From an uncultured Dehalococcoidia bacterium (lineage in GTDB: Bacteria > Chloroflexota > Dehalococcoidia > Lucifugimonadales > UBA3495), in the NCBI GenBank assembly GCA_964401855.1, contig CAYOAF010000054.1:1-38232 (forward strand): 38,232 bases of DNA, written 5' to 3'. The position numbers and the translations under genes were made by a program. Shown one piece after another: positions 26,223 through 33,489 of this stretch. The notes under the pieces were generated by a model that made no database searches, had not been told where the DNA came from, and was given only the letters and a program-made list of their open reading frames with translations. How positions within the stretch are numbered: the stretch's first letter is position 1; each line of letters opens with the position of its first letter.

Positions 26223-26536
26223 GGCGCGGTGAAATCTGGTGGGCCAACCTGCCTCCTCTGACTGGGCACCGGCCGGTGGTCCTGATTGCCCGGGACGAAG
26301 CTTATACTCATCGTGAATTGGTTACCGTGGCTCCCGTTACGAGGCGAATCAAGGGGATACCAGCGGAAGTGCCATTGGGACCGGAAGACGGCTTGCCCGC
26401 GAGTTGCGCGGCAAATCTCGACAGCATGACCACCGTTCCTAAAGATGCAATTCAACGGTACATCGCCAGCCTGCACCTCAAGAAAGTTCAAGCGGTAGAT
26501 TCCACCATCCACTTCGCCCTGGGGCTGGAGAGCTAG
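26219..26536 (+). CDS. Type II toxin, MazF/PemK-family mRNA interferase
   Basis: 105 aa: 'MRRGEIWWANLPP..GHRPVVLIARDEAY...LVTVAPVTRRIKGIPAEVPLGPEDGLPASCAANLDSMTTVPKDAI' is the PemK/MazF fold pattern. Confidence 0.85.
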   Translation: MRRGEIWWANLPPLTGHRPVVLIARDEAYTHRELVTVAPVTRRIKGIPAEVPLGPEDGLPASCAANLDSMTTVPKDAIQRYIASLHLKKVQAVDSTIHFALGLES

Positions 26537-26545
26537 CCGGGGTTG

Positions 26546-26612
26546 CACCACCGGAGTACTGGCCAATGACGCCAAGCTGGTTGGGCCGGCGTCGGAGGGT
26601 GCGGTGACCGGG
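26546..26612 (+). pseudogene. Diverged second copy of the ilvD 3' end (last 22 codons)
   Basis: By hand alignment, 55 of 67 nt are identical to 25918-25984 with no indels. The translation is [22 protein letters not shown], against [22 protein letters not shown] in ilvD. Confidence 0.6.
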
Positions 26613-26626
26613 GTGAGCGGGAGCGT

Positions 26627-26668
26627 TCAGCCGTCAGCTATCAGCAATAGCTGATAGCTGACGGCTGA
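26627..26668. repeat. Perfect 19-bp-stem hairpin with a 4-nt loop
   Basis: tcagccgtcagctatcagc-aata-gctgatagctgacggctga. It lies 14 nt after the duplicated ilvD tail. Confidence 0.7.
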
Positions 26669-26901
26669 CAGCAAGAGGGTGTCCCAATGCCCCCACCAGG
26701 TAACCGTTGACATCCTGGGCCAAAGTGGGTGGCGGGGGATGGCATACATATTGGATGCATCTGGTACACTTAAACCGGTCTGCGGCGTCACCGACGGAGA
26801 CTTCAGCGGCAGGATAGCCGGCGATTCCTGCAATGTCAAAGACGGGAAGCTGATCGCGAGGAGTTCGGTATTCTTGCACCCCGAACGGAGGAGCACGGCG
26901 A

Positions 26902-27705
26902 ATGGCTGTCAGCCACGTGGAATTCAGCAAGAAGCACGGCCTTGCCGTGATTACCCTCAACCGTCCCGAGGCCCGCAACGCCCTGACCCCGGAAATGGTG
27001 GGGGACCTGGGCCGGGCGGTCCAATCGTGCTGCGGCTCAGACGTGCGCGCCGTCTTGATTACCGGGAGCGGAAGCTCTTTCTGCGCCGGCGCCGACGTCA
27101 AGGACTTCGTACAGCAACTGGATGATGGCGGGCCTGAAGCCCTCTCCCAGCACGTGAGGCGCCTGGCCGAAGCCTTGCACAAAGATGTGGTGCTGGGCCT
27201 GCGCCGCCTCGATAAACCGGTGGTGGCCGCTGTTAACGGTGTGGCCGCGGGGGGCGGCTTCAGCCTGATGCTCGCCTGCGACATCCGTATCGCCTCCAGC
27301 GACGCCAGGTTCCTCATGGCCTATGCCAACATTGGGGCCACCGCCGACGGCGGGTCCACCTATTTGCTTCCCCGGCTGGTGGGCAGTGCCAAGGCGATGG
27401 CGATCTACCTGGCCGGACAGCCCATCAGCGCCGCAAGCGCCCTGGAAATGGGCCTGGTAACCCGGGTGTGCCCCGCGGCAGAGCTGGAACAGCACGCCCA
27501 CGAAGCCGCCATGAAGCTGGCCCAAGGCCCCACGGTAGCCTACGGCCGGGTAAAGGCCCTGTTCGAGCGCTCCTGGGAAGCCTCGCTGGAAAGCCAGCTC
27601 GACGCCGAGACCGAAGGGATCAGCAACTCCTGCTTGACCAATGACTTCCAGGAAGGCGTCCGGGCGTTCACCGAAAAACGCCAGCCCAGATTTCAGGGGA
27701 CGTAA
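26902..27705 (+). CDS. Enoyl-CoA hydratase/isomerase (crotonase family)
   Basis: 'ITLNRPEARNALT', 'VLITGSGSSFCAGADVK' and 'KPVVAAVNGVAAGGGFSLMLACDIRIAS'. Confidence 0.88.
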   Translation: MAVSHVEFSKKHGLAVITLNRPEARNALTPEMVGDLGRAVQSCCGSDVRAVLITGSGSSFCAGADVKDFVQQLDDGGPEALSQHVRRLAEALHKDVVLGLRRLDKPVVAAVNGVAAGGGFSLMLACDIRIASSDARFLMAYANIGATADGGSTYLLPRLVGSAKAMAIYLAGQPISAASALEMGLVTRVCPAAELEQHAHEAAMKLAQGPTVAYGRVKALFERSWEASLESQLDAETEGISNSCLTNDFQEGVRAFTEKRQPRFQGT

Positions 27706-27714
27706 GGCTTTAGC

Positions 27715-29061
27715 ATGAAATTACTAGCTCCGGCATTCGCGGCTTCAGCGTTGGTAGCGTTGGTAGCTTTGGTGGTTGCCTGTGCCAACCCGGTGGCAAC
27801 CGCCACCTCCGTCCCGTCGCCCGTCCCGCTTCCCACGATCACTTTGCCCACTTCAACGATTCCTCTCCCGCCCACAGCCACGGCAGCCCCCATGGCAACT
27901 CCACTGCCCAGCGCCACCGCGACGCCCCGGCCGGCCTCTACACCCGTACCTACGGCGGTCCCCACTGCCACACCCACTCCTACTTCGACTCCTATTCCTA
28001 CGCCTACGCCTATCCTGACGGCGACCCCCCTGCCGACTTCCACCCCGGCGCCGGCCGCTATGCCTACGCCTATCCCGACGGCGACCCCCCTGCCGACTTC
28101 CACCCCGGCGCCCACCTCTACCCCCGTGCCGGCCGCTACGGCTACCCCCACGACGGTTCCCACTCCCACGCCACCTCCCACTCCGGCCGGAAGCAGCGCG
28201 GAAGGCCAGTTCAAGCGTCCCGAGGGCATATCCTTCGATCAAGTGAATTCGGTGGTATATATGGGCGATACCGGAAACCACCGGATCCAGGAGTTCACCG
28301 AGGTCGGTGTCTTCGTATTAGCTTGGGGCAGCGAGGGTGCCGGGGATGCCCAATTCCTGGAGCCAGGGGGGATGGCATTTGACTCAACGAATCGTCACTT
28401 TTACGTGGCCGACACCGGCAACCACCGGGTGCAGAAGCTCACCGGCGGCGGAAGTTTCGTGGTAAAGTGGGGCAGCGAGGGCAGCGGCGATGGCCAGTTC
28501 AACTCGCCATCTGCAGTCCTCGTCGATGAAGTGAGGAAGTACGTCTACGTGATCGACTCCGGGAATCACCGGGTACAGAAATTCACCTCCCTCGGCATAT
28601 ACCTCGACCAGTGGGGCACTGAGGGCAGCGGCGATGGCCAGTTCCAGAACCCCGGCGGCATAGCGAGGGACGAAGACGGCTTCGTCTACGTCTTGGACAC
28701 GGGAAACCACCGGGTTCAAAAGTTCACCTCTGCTGGTTTGTACCAAAAGCAATGGGGAACCCAGGGCGAGGGCGAGGGCCAGTTCCAGAGCCCCAGGGGC
28801 ATCGCTTACGATGAGTCGGATGAACGGATATTTGTCGCCGATACCGGCAATAACAGGGTGCAGAAATTCATGCCTGCCGGGACCTTCGTGAAGGAGTGGG
28901 GCGCCGAGGGCAGCGGCGACGGTCAGTTCAAGGGCCTCACCGGGCTGGTGGTCGACGAATCAGCGTATCTCTTCGTTGCCGATACTGGGAACCACCGGGT
29001 CCAGAAGTTCGACCTGGACGGCGGGTTCAAAGCGAAGTGGGGCTCATCCGGCGGCGGTTGA
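27715..29061 (+). CDS. Secreted lipoprotein: signal peptide/lipobox, ~140-aa Pro/Thr/Ala linker and a six-bladed NHL-repeat beta-propeller
   Basis: 'MKLLAPAFAASALVALVALVVAC' carries the lipobox VVAC. It is followed by a P/T/A-rich tract. Six ~47-aa units follow, of the form 'F..P.G...D......YV.DTGNHRVQKFT..G.....WG.EGSGDGQ'. Confidence 0.85.
   Translation: MKLLAPAFAASALVALVALVVACANPVATATSVPSPVPLPTITLPTSTIPLPPTATAAPMATPLPSATATPRPASTPVPTAVPTATPTPTSTPIPTPTPILTATPLPTSTPAPAAMPTPIPTATPLPTSTPAPTSTPVPAATATPTTVPTPTPPPTPAGSSAEGQFKRPEGISFDQVNSVVYMGDTGNHRIQEFTEVGVFVLAWGSEGAGDAQFLEPGGMAFDSTNRHFYVADTGNHRVQKLTGGGSFVVKWGSEGSGDGQFNSPSAVLVDEVRKYVYVIDSGNHRVQKFTSLGIYLDQWGTEGSGDGQFQNPGGIARDEDGFVYVLDTGNHRVQKFTSAGLYQKQWGTQGEGEGQFQSPRGIAYDESDERIFVADTGNNRVQKFMPAGTFVKEWGAEGSGDGQFKGLTGLVVDESAYLFVADTGNHRVQKFDLDGGFKAKWGSSGGG
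28002..28112. repeat. 60-nt-period tandem duplication inside the P/T linker
   Basis: 28002-28052 and 28062-28112 (gcctacgcctatcc[t/c]gacggcgacccccctgccgacttccaccccggcgcc) differ at one position. They encode PTPI(L/P)TATPLPTSTPAP twice. Confidence 0.8.
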
Positions 29062-29112
29062 CGCCGGCCTGATACGTAGCAGGCAGTCCATCCCCGCCCG
29101 GAACGGGCTTGC

Positions 29113-31545
29113 TCACTTCAGATCCACCACGGTTACCCCGTCCCCGCCGGGGCCTTCCCCGGAAGCGGAGGCCGCCACCAGGGGGTGGCCGTGCAGGTAG
29201 CCCCGCACGGCCAGGCGCAACGCGCCGGTGCCTATGCCGTGGATGATGCGGATTGAGCGCAGACTCTCGAGGGCGGCGTCGTTCAGCGACCCCTCAACCC
29301 GGGCCAGCGCCTCGTCGGCCCGGAGGCCTCTGACATCGATTTCCGTGGCAGCCGCGCGGCCGGTGGGGCGTCTGAAGAAAACCTGGTGCTGGGCCGCGGC
29401 TTGATGGCCCTCCGCCTGGCCCTCCAACTGGTACACCGGTATCTTGGCCCGCATGGTGCCCACCAGTACCTCCGCAAAGCCCTGTTCGTCGGGCGGGGTG
29501 ATCACCTCCACCGGACGCGCGATGCCCCGAACGTGCACCCGGTCACCGCTTCTGATCCGCTCCCACCATGGGGTACGCCGCACCTCTATCGGCTCCCAGC
29601 GAGGTGAACTGACCTGCCGGCGGGTTTCGGTGAGCCGGGCCCGCTCCCCTTGTAGCGCCTGGCGAGAGGCGGGACGGTCCAGCGCCCGTTCCGCCTCCTG
29701 GAGCCGGGCCAGCAGGTCGCTGATCCGGTCCTGCAACTCTTGCCGGGCCTCCTCGACCAGCTCCATCTTGGAGGTTTCCACGGAGGCCAACTGGGCTTCA
29801 ACTTCCGCCTGCTGCCGCTTGGCCAGGAGCAGGGCGGATTCCGCATCCCGGCGCAAAACGTCGATTACCCGCCGCTCCTCTTGAATCTCGCCCAGCAGGT
29901 CCTCGGTGACCCGGGCCTCCGTCGATAGAGAGGCGCGGGCCTGATCGATGATATCCGGGGGCAGGCCGAGGCGGGCCGCGATGGTCAAGGTGTAGCTCCG
30001 CCCCGGCAGGCCCATGGTGACCTTGTAGGTTGGCTCCAGGGTTCCAGTGTACAGGTCCACGCTGGCGTTAATCATCCCCGCCTGCTCCTGGACGTGCCGG
30101 GCCACGCCCCGGTGGTGGGTGGTCGCCACCAGCAGCACCCCCCGGTCTCGAAAGTGGCTCAGGATAGCTCCGGCCAGGGCCGAGCCCTCCTCCGGGTCGG
30201 TACTGGTGCCCAGTTCGTCCAGCAGCACGAGGGAATCGGCCGTCGCCCGCTCCATGATGGAGAGGATGTTGTGGATGTGAGAGCTAAAGGTAGACAAGGA
30301 CTGTTCGATGCTTTGCTGGTCGCCGATGTCGGCAAAAACGCCATCACACCGGGGGAAGTGGGCTTCATCTGCCGGGATGTGAAGCCCGGACTGGGCCATC
30401 AACGCCAACAGCCCCACCGTCTTCAGGGTGACGGTCTTTCCCCCGGCATTGGGCCCGGTGATGAGCATTACCCCCTGCTCGCCACCCAGCTCCAGGCTAA
30501 CGGGCACCACAGCCGCCGAAAGCAGGGGATGGCGCGCTCTGATTAGCCGCAGGTGGCGCGCCTGGCCAGACTGGCCGGAAACCGATGGGGCCGAACCGCT
30601 CACGGCGGTGGAGTAGCGTCCCTTGGCCACGTCCAGGTCCAGGCGGGCCAGCAAGTCGAGAGTCAGGAGAAGGTCGTCGCCGGCCTGGCCCACCGTATCG
30701 GACAGGCTCCGCAAGACCCTCTCCTCCTCCCGCTCCGCGGCCAGCCGGTTTTCCCGCCACCGGTTGCCCGGGTCGAGGGCCGGCAGTGGTTCGACAAACA
30801 CGGTGGCCCCGCTGTCGGACACGTCGTGGACAATGCCGGGCACCCGAGACCTCAGCTCGGCCTTGATCAACAGCACCAGCCGGCCGTTGCGCTGGGTAAT
30901 GATGGACTCCTGGATCACCTCCTGGCGCTGCAAGCGGCGGAGGTTGCGCTCCATGACCTCGTTCAATCGCGCATGGGCCGACCGCGCCTCATGGCGGAGC
31001 TGGCCTAGGGCCGGGCTGGCGCTATCCAGGACCTCTCCGGCGGGGCTAATCGCGGAGCCGACGGCCTGCTCGAGGACCACTAGGTCCGGCAAATTGTCCC
31101 CTACTCCGGAGAGCAGGGGGATCTCCTCGTGGCGTGAGAGATTGGTCCGGTTGTAGCGGGCGGCCGCGGCCAGCCCCCGGATGGCGTACAGCTCCTCGCC
31201 GCGCAAGAGGCCGCCCAAGAGGGCCCGTTGGACGTACTCTCGGAAGTCCACATCCGGGCCGAACTCCAGGGCCCCGCCATTGTCCAGGAACTGGCGGGAC
31301 TCCGAAGTCTCCTGCTGCCGCGTGGCGATCTCCAGCAGGTCGGCGGAGGGGGTCAGGGACAGCGCCGCCTCGTGGCCCATAACGGTGCGGGTGTAGCAGG
31401 CCAGCTTCTGCCGTATCTGGTCGAACTCCAGCAGGCGCACCGACTCGGAAAACCCGCCCACAACCCGGGCCGGCCCGGCAGCGTCCAACTGGGGTCTACC
31501 GGGGGTTATTTCGTCAGCGTCTTCGAACAAACCGGTCCCGCCCAT
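29113..31545 (-). CDS. mutS2: Endonuclease MutS2 (MutS paralogue with C-terminal Smr domain)
   Basis: Walker A 'ITGPNAGGKTVTLKTVGLLALMAQSG', 'LLDELGTSTDPEEG' and 'TTHH'. The C-terminal Smr reads 'IDVRGLRADEALARVEGSLNDA...IRIIHGIGTGALRLAVRGYL'. The ATG at 31545 lies 10 nt after the upstream stop. An alternative GTG at 31440 (VRLLEFDQI) is possible. Confidence 0.92.
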   Translation of the reverse strand: MGGTGLFEDADEITPGRPQLDAAGPARVVGGFSESVRLLEFDQIRQKLACYTRTVMGHEAALSLTPSADLLEIATRQQETSESRQFLDNGGALEFGPDVDFREYVQRALLGGLLRGEELYAIRGLAAAARYNRTNLSRHEEIPLLSGVGDNLPDLVVLEQAVGSAISPAGEVLDSASPALGQLRHEARSAHARLNEVMERNLRRLQRQEVIQESIITQRNGRLVLLIKAELRSRVPGIVHDVSDSGATVFVEPLPALDPGNRWRENRLAAEREEERVLRSLSDTVGQAGDDLLLTLDLLARLDLDVAKGRYSTAVSGSAPSVSGQSGQARHLRLIRARHPLLSAAVVPVSLELGGEQGVMLITGPNAGGKTVTLKTVGLLALMAQSGLHIPADEAHFPRCDGVFADIGDQQSIEQSLSTFSSHIHNILSIMERATADSLVLLDELGTSTDPEEGSALAGAILSHFRDRGVLLVATTHHRGVARHVQEQAGMINASVDLYTGTLEPTYKVTMGLPGRSYTLTIAARLGLPPDIIDQARASLSTEARVTEDLLGEIQEERRVIDVLRRDAESALLLAKRQQAEVEAQLASVETSKMELVEEARQELQDRISDLLARLQEAERALDRPASRQALQGERARLTETRRQVSSPRWEPIEVRRTPWWERIRSGDRVHVRGIARPVEVITPPDEQGFAEVLVGTMRAKIPVYQLEGQAEGHQAAAQHQVFFRRPTGRAAATEIDVRGLRADEALARVEGSLNDAALESLRSIRIIHGIGTGALRLAVRGYLHGHPLVAASASGEGPGGDGVTVVDLK

Positions 31546-31555
31546 CAGGTCTGTG

Positions 31556-32320
31556 TCACCACTCGATTACCCAGACTCGGCTTTCCCGGAGCATACCGGC
31601 CACCCTCTCCAGGGCCTCGTGTTTCGGCTCGCGCACGTTCAACCGGCGTCCCAGGATCCTGCCCCGCCATCGCTCCAGGTAGTCGCACGCCTTCATGAAC
31701 CCATCCAGGGTAAACCTCTCGCCGCCCAGCAAGATATAGTCAAGCTGCCCGGCGAAGGGGTCGAACTGGCGCTGGGCGGCCCCGCAGGCCTTGTCGTAGA
31801 GCCGTTGCACCTGGCCCTCCCGGATGCGCTGAAACCGCTTTTGGGAGGTGCCGCCGGCGTGGTGGCGCCCTTTCACGTACCGGGTATCGGTCTTGGAGGA
31901 CAGCAGCCGCCCGCCCTTGTAAACCGCCACCAGAAAACGGCCCAGCCGGAGCAAGACCACCCCGACGGTGTAGTCCGTCTCCAGCAATCCCAGCAGAGGA
32001 GCGGTATCCCAGGAAGGGACCAGATCGTTTCCGGCCAGCGGAAAGGGCGGCGCGATCACCAACGCCTCCGGCCCGGCCCGCAGGCCGGCGATACCGGTGT
32101 CCGAGTTCAAAACCGGGCGTCCTATCCGATCAAGGCGGTCGCGCCAGGCCCGGCCCTCGGAGCCGGATGCTTCCAGGAATTCCCCTGCTTCCCCAGGACG
32201 AACGTACACCGAGGACGCCGGACCGCCCGGCGGCTCATATCCGGCCAGCAGCCCTTCGAGCTTTGCCTTGCTCAGGAGCTGACCTGGTTGAATTGCGGCT
32301 GGGCCGGCGTGTTGAGTCAT
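31556..32320 (-). CDS. Vms1/ANKZF1-like (VLRF1-domain, eRF1-fold) putative peptidyl-tRNA hydrolase, bacterial acVLRF1-type
   Basis: 254 aa. 'DTRYVKGRHHAGGTSQKRFQRIRE' matches my recollection of the VLRF1 catalytic-loop region of Vms1/ANKZF1 (RYTVR..QGGSQS). No HMM search could be run. Confidence 0.7.
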   Translation of the reverse strand: MTQHAGPAAIQPGQLLSKAKLEGLLAGYEPPGGPASSVYVRPGEAGEFLEASGSEGRAWRDRLDRIGRPVLNSDTGIAGLRAGPEALVIAPPFPLAGNDLVPSWDTAPLLGLLETDYTVGVVLLRLGRFLVAVYKGGRLLSSKTDTRYVKGRHHAGGTSQKRFQRIREGQVQRLYDKACGAAQRQFDPFAGQLDYILLGGERFTLDGFMKACDYLERWRGRILGRRLNVREPKHEALERVAGMLRESRVWVIEW

Positions 32321-32339
32321 TAGCTATAACCTTGGTGAG

Positions 32340-32348
32340 ATTTTATCA
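32340..32348 (-). promoter_or_regulatory. Candidate extended -10 promoter for the VLRF1-mutS2 pair
   Basis: The minus strand reads TGATAAAAT (TGn + TAAAAT), with its 3' end 19 nt upstream of the VLRF1 ATG. I could not find a convincing -35. Confidence 0.3.
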
Positions 32349-32554
32349 CCCCCCTGGGCCGGCCGTGGGAACCGGGACTTGGAGCACAATGGGGCCTGGC
32401 AACTAGCTGACTGTTCAACGCTGGACACTACGAGGCCACGAGTATTTGCCCGCCGACACGGTTTTTGCTACACTAGGCCGGTGATTCGATTCCCCTAGCC
32501 ACAGCCACCCATCGGCATGGGTCGCCATTGAAACCAATCGGAGAAGGAGTGGCC

Positions 32555-33175
32555 ATGATCTACGAAGTCCGCACCTATACTCTCAAGCCCGGCTCGGTGC
32601 CTCAATTCGAGGAGAATTTTGCCAAGGCCCTACCCTTCCGGGAGAAGTTTTCCAAGCTGGGCGCCTTCTGGCACACGGAAATTGGACCCTTGAACCAGGT
32701 GATCCACGTGTGGCCGTACGAGAGCGTAGAGGAGCGCAACCGGATCCGCGCCGAGGCGGTGAAGGACCCCAACTGGCCCCCACATAACCCTCCCGACATG
32801 TACGTCGGCCAGGAGACGGAGATTTTCGTCCCCGCCCCGTTCATGCGGCCCCTTGGTGGCGACCAGGCCCTGGGCGACATCTACGAGATGCGTATCTACA
32901 CCTACAGGACCGGGACCATGGCCCAGGTAGTCAAGCTGTGGGCGGAGTCGATTCCCCACCGGGAAAAGTTCTCGCCTCTGGCGGCCGGCATGTACAGTGA
33001 AATCGGCGGGTTGAACAAATGGATCCACATATGGCCCTACAAGGACCTGGCGGAGCGCAACCGGGTCCGCGCCGAGGCCGCCAAAACCCCCCATTGGCCG
33101 CCGGCCACCCGGGAGTTCCTGGTAAAGCAAGAGAACAAGATAATGGTGCCGGCCTCCTTCTCGCCGATGCACTGA
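32555..33175 (+). CDS. NIPSNAP-family protein (two tandem NIPSNAP domains)
   Basis: 'MIYEVRTYTLKPGSVPQFEENF...GAFWHTEIGPLNQVIHVWPYESVEERNRIR' is repeated as 'IYEMRIYTYRTGTMAQVVKLW...GMYSEIGGLNKWIHIWPYKDLAERNRVR'. ATG at 32555 with AAGGAG upstream. Confidence 0.8.
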   Translation: MIYEVRTYTLKPGSVPQFEENFAKALPFREKFSKLGAFWHTEIGPLNQVIHVWPYESVEERNRIRAEAVKDPNWPPHNPPDMYVGQETEIFVPAPFMRPLGGDQALGDIYEMRIYTYRTGTMAQVVKLWAESIPHREKFSPLAAGMYSEIGGLNKWIHIWPYKDLAERNRVRAEAAKTPHWPPATREFLVKQENKIMVPASFSPMH

Positions 33176-33245
33176 GTATTCCGCCCGATTTCCTTTGACA
33201 TCCGGCCCGCCGCAGCGGGTCACTTCGAGAGCGAAAAGGGGCACG

Positions 33246-33278
33246 TTGTGGTCCCCCACATATGGTGGGGGACCACAA
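33246..33278. repeat. 14-bp inverted repeat with a 5-nt spacer
   Basis: ttgtggtcccccac-atatg-gtgggggaccacaa. It lies 70 nt after the NIPSNAP stop and about 210 nt upstream of the erythrin-VIT1 gene. Confidence 0.6.
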
Positions 33279-33489
33279 TCAGATTTCCAACCCGTTCGGA
33301 ATCAGCAAGGCATTCGTTGAGCGCCATTGTCGGGGTGATGGTCTCAGCTATGTTCGTTATGCCGACGTACCTCGTTTCCCAGTCCCTTCTCGCAAGCCTG
33401 ACGGTACCCTTTCGCGCTCCACCTGCCACCGCAGCGGGTACCGGCGGCGGCGCACTGTTTGGGCCCATGCCCGCGAAAGGACACCAACC

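Noticed and set aside
26679-27125. 148-aa plus-strand ORF starting in the spacer after the 26627 hairpin
   Set aside because: Its 3' two-thirds overlap the well-supported crotonase gene in another frame. The first ~75 codons (26679-26900) show no motif I recognise. The spacer is left unannotated.
27693-28229. 178-aa minus-strand ORF made of GVGVG/AVGT repeats
   Set aside because: It is the complement of the Pro/Thr/Ala linker of the NHL lipoprotein. Its periodicity comes from that linker, not from an independent gene.
8417-33278. The hairpin elements as a CRISPR array or as one repeat family
   Set aside because: The five elements (8417, 19243, 20936, 26627, 33246) share no sequence with each other. 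They are single copies and are not regularly spaced, so they do not form a CRISPR array. They are treated as separate REP-like or structural hairpins.
33262-33489. 76-codon N-terminal extension of the erythrin-VIT1 gene, and similar extensions at 3363-3458, 8384-8527, 12965-13084 and 32528-32554
   Set aside because: The extensions are compositionally odd, run through hairpins or lack an RBS. The internal ATGs align with family N-termini, and most (3362, 8383, 32555) have a GGAGG-type RBS at proper spacing; 33490 and 12964 have only weak ones.
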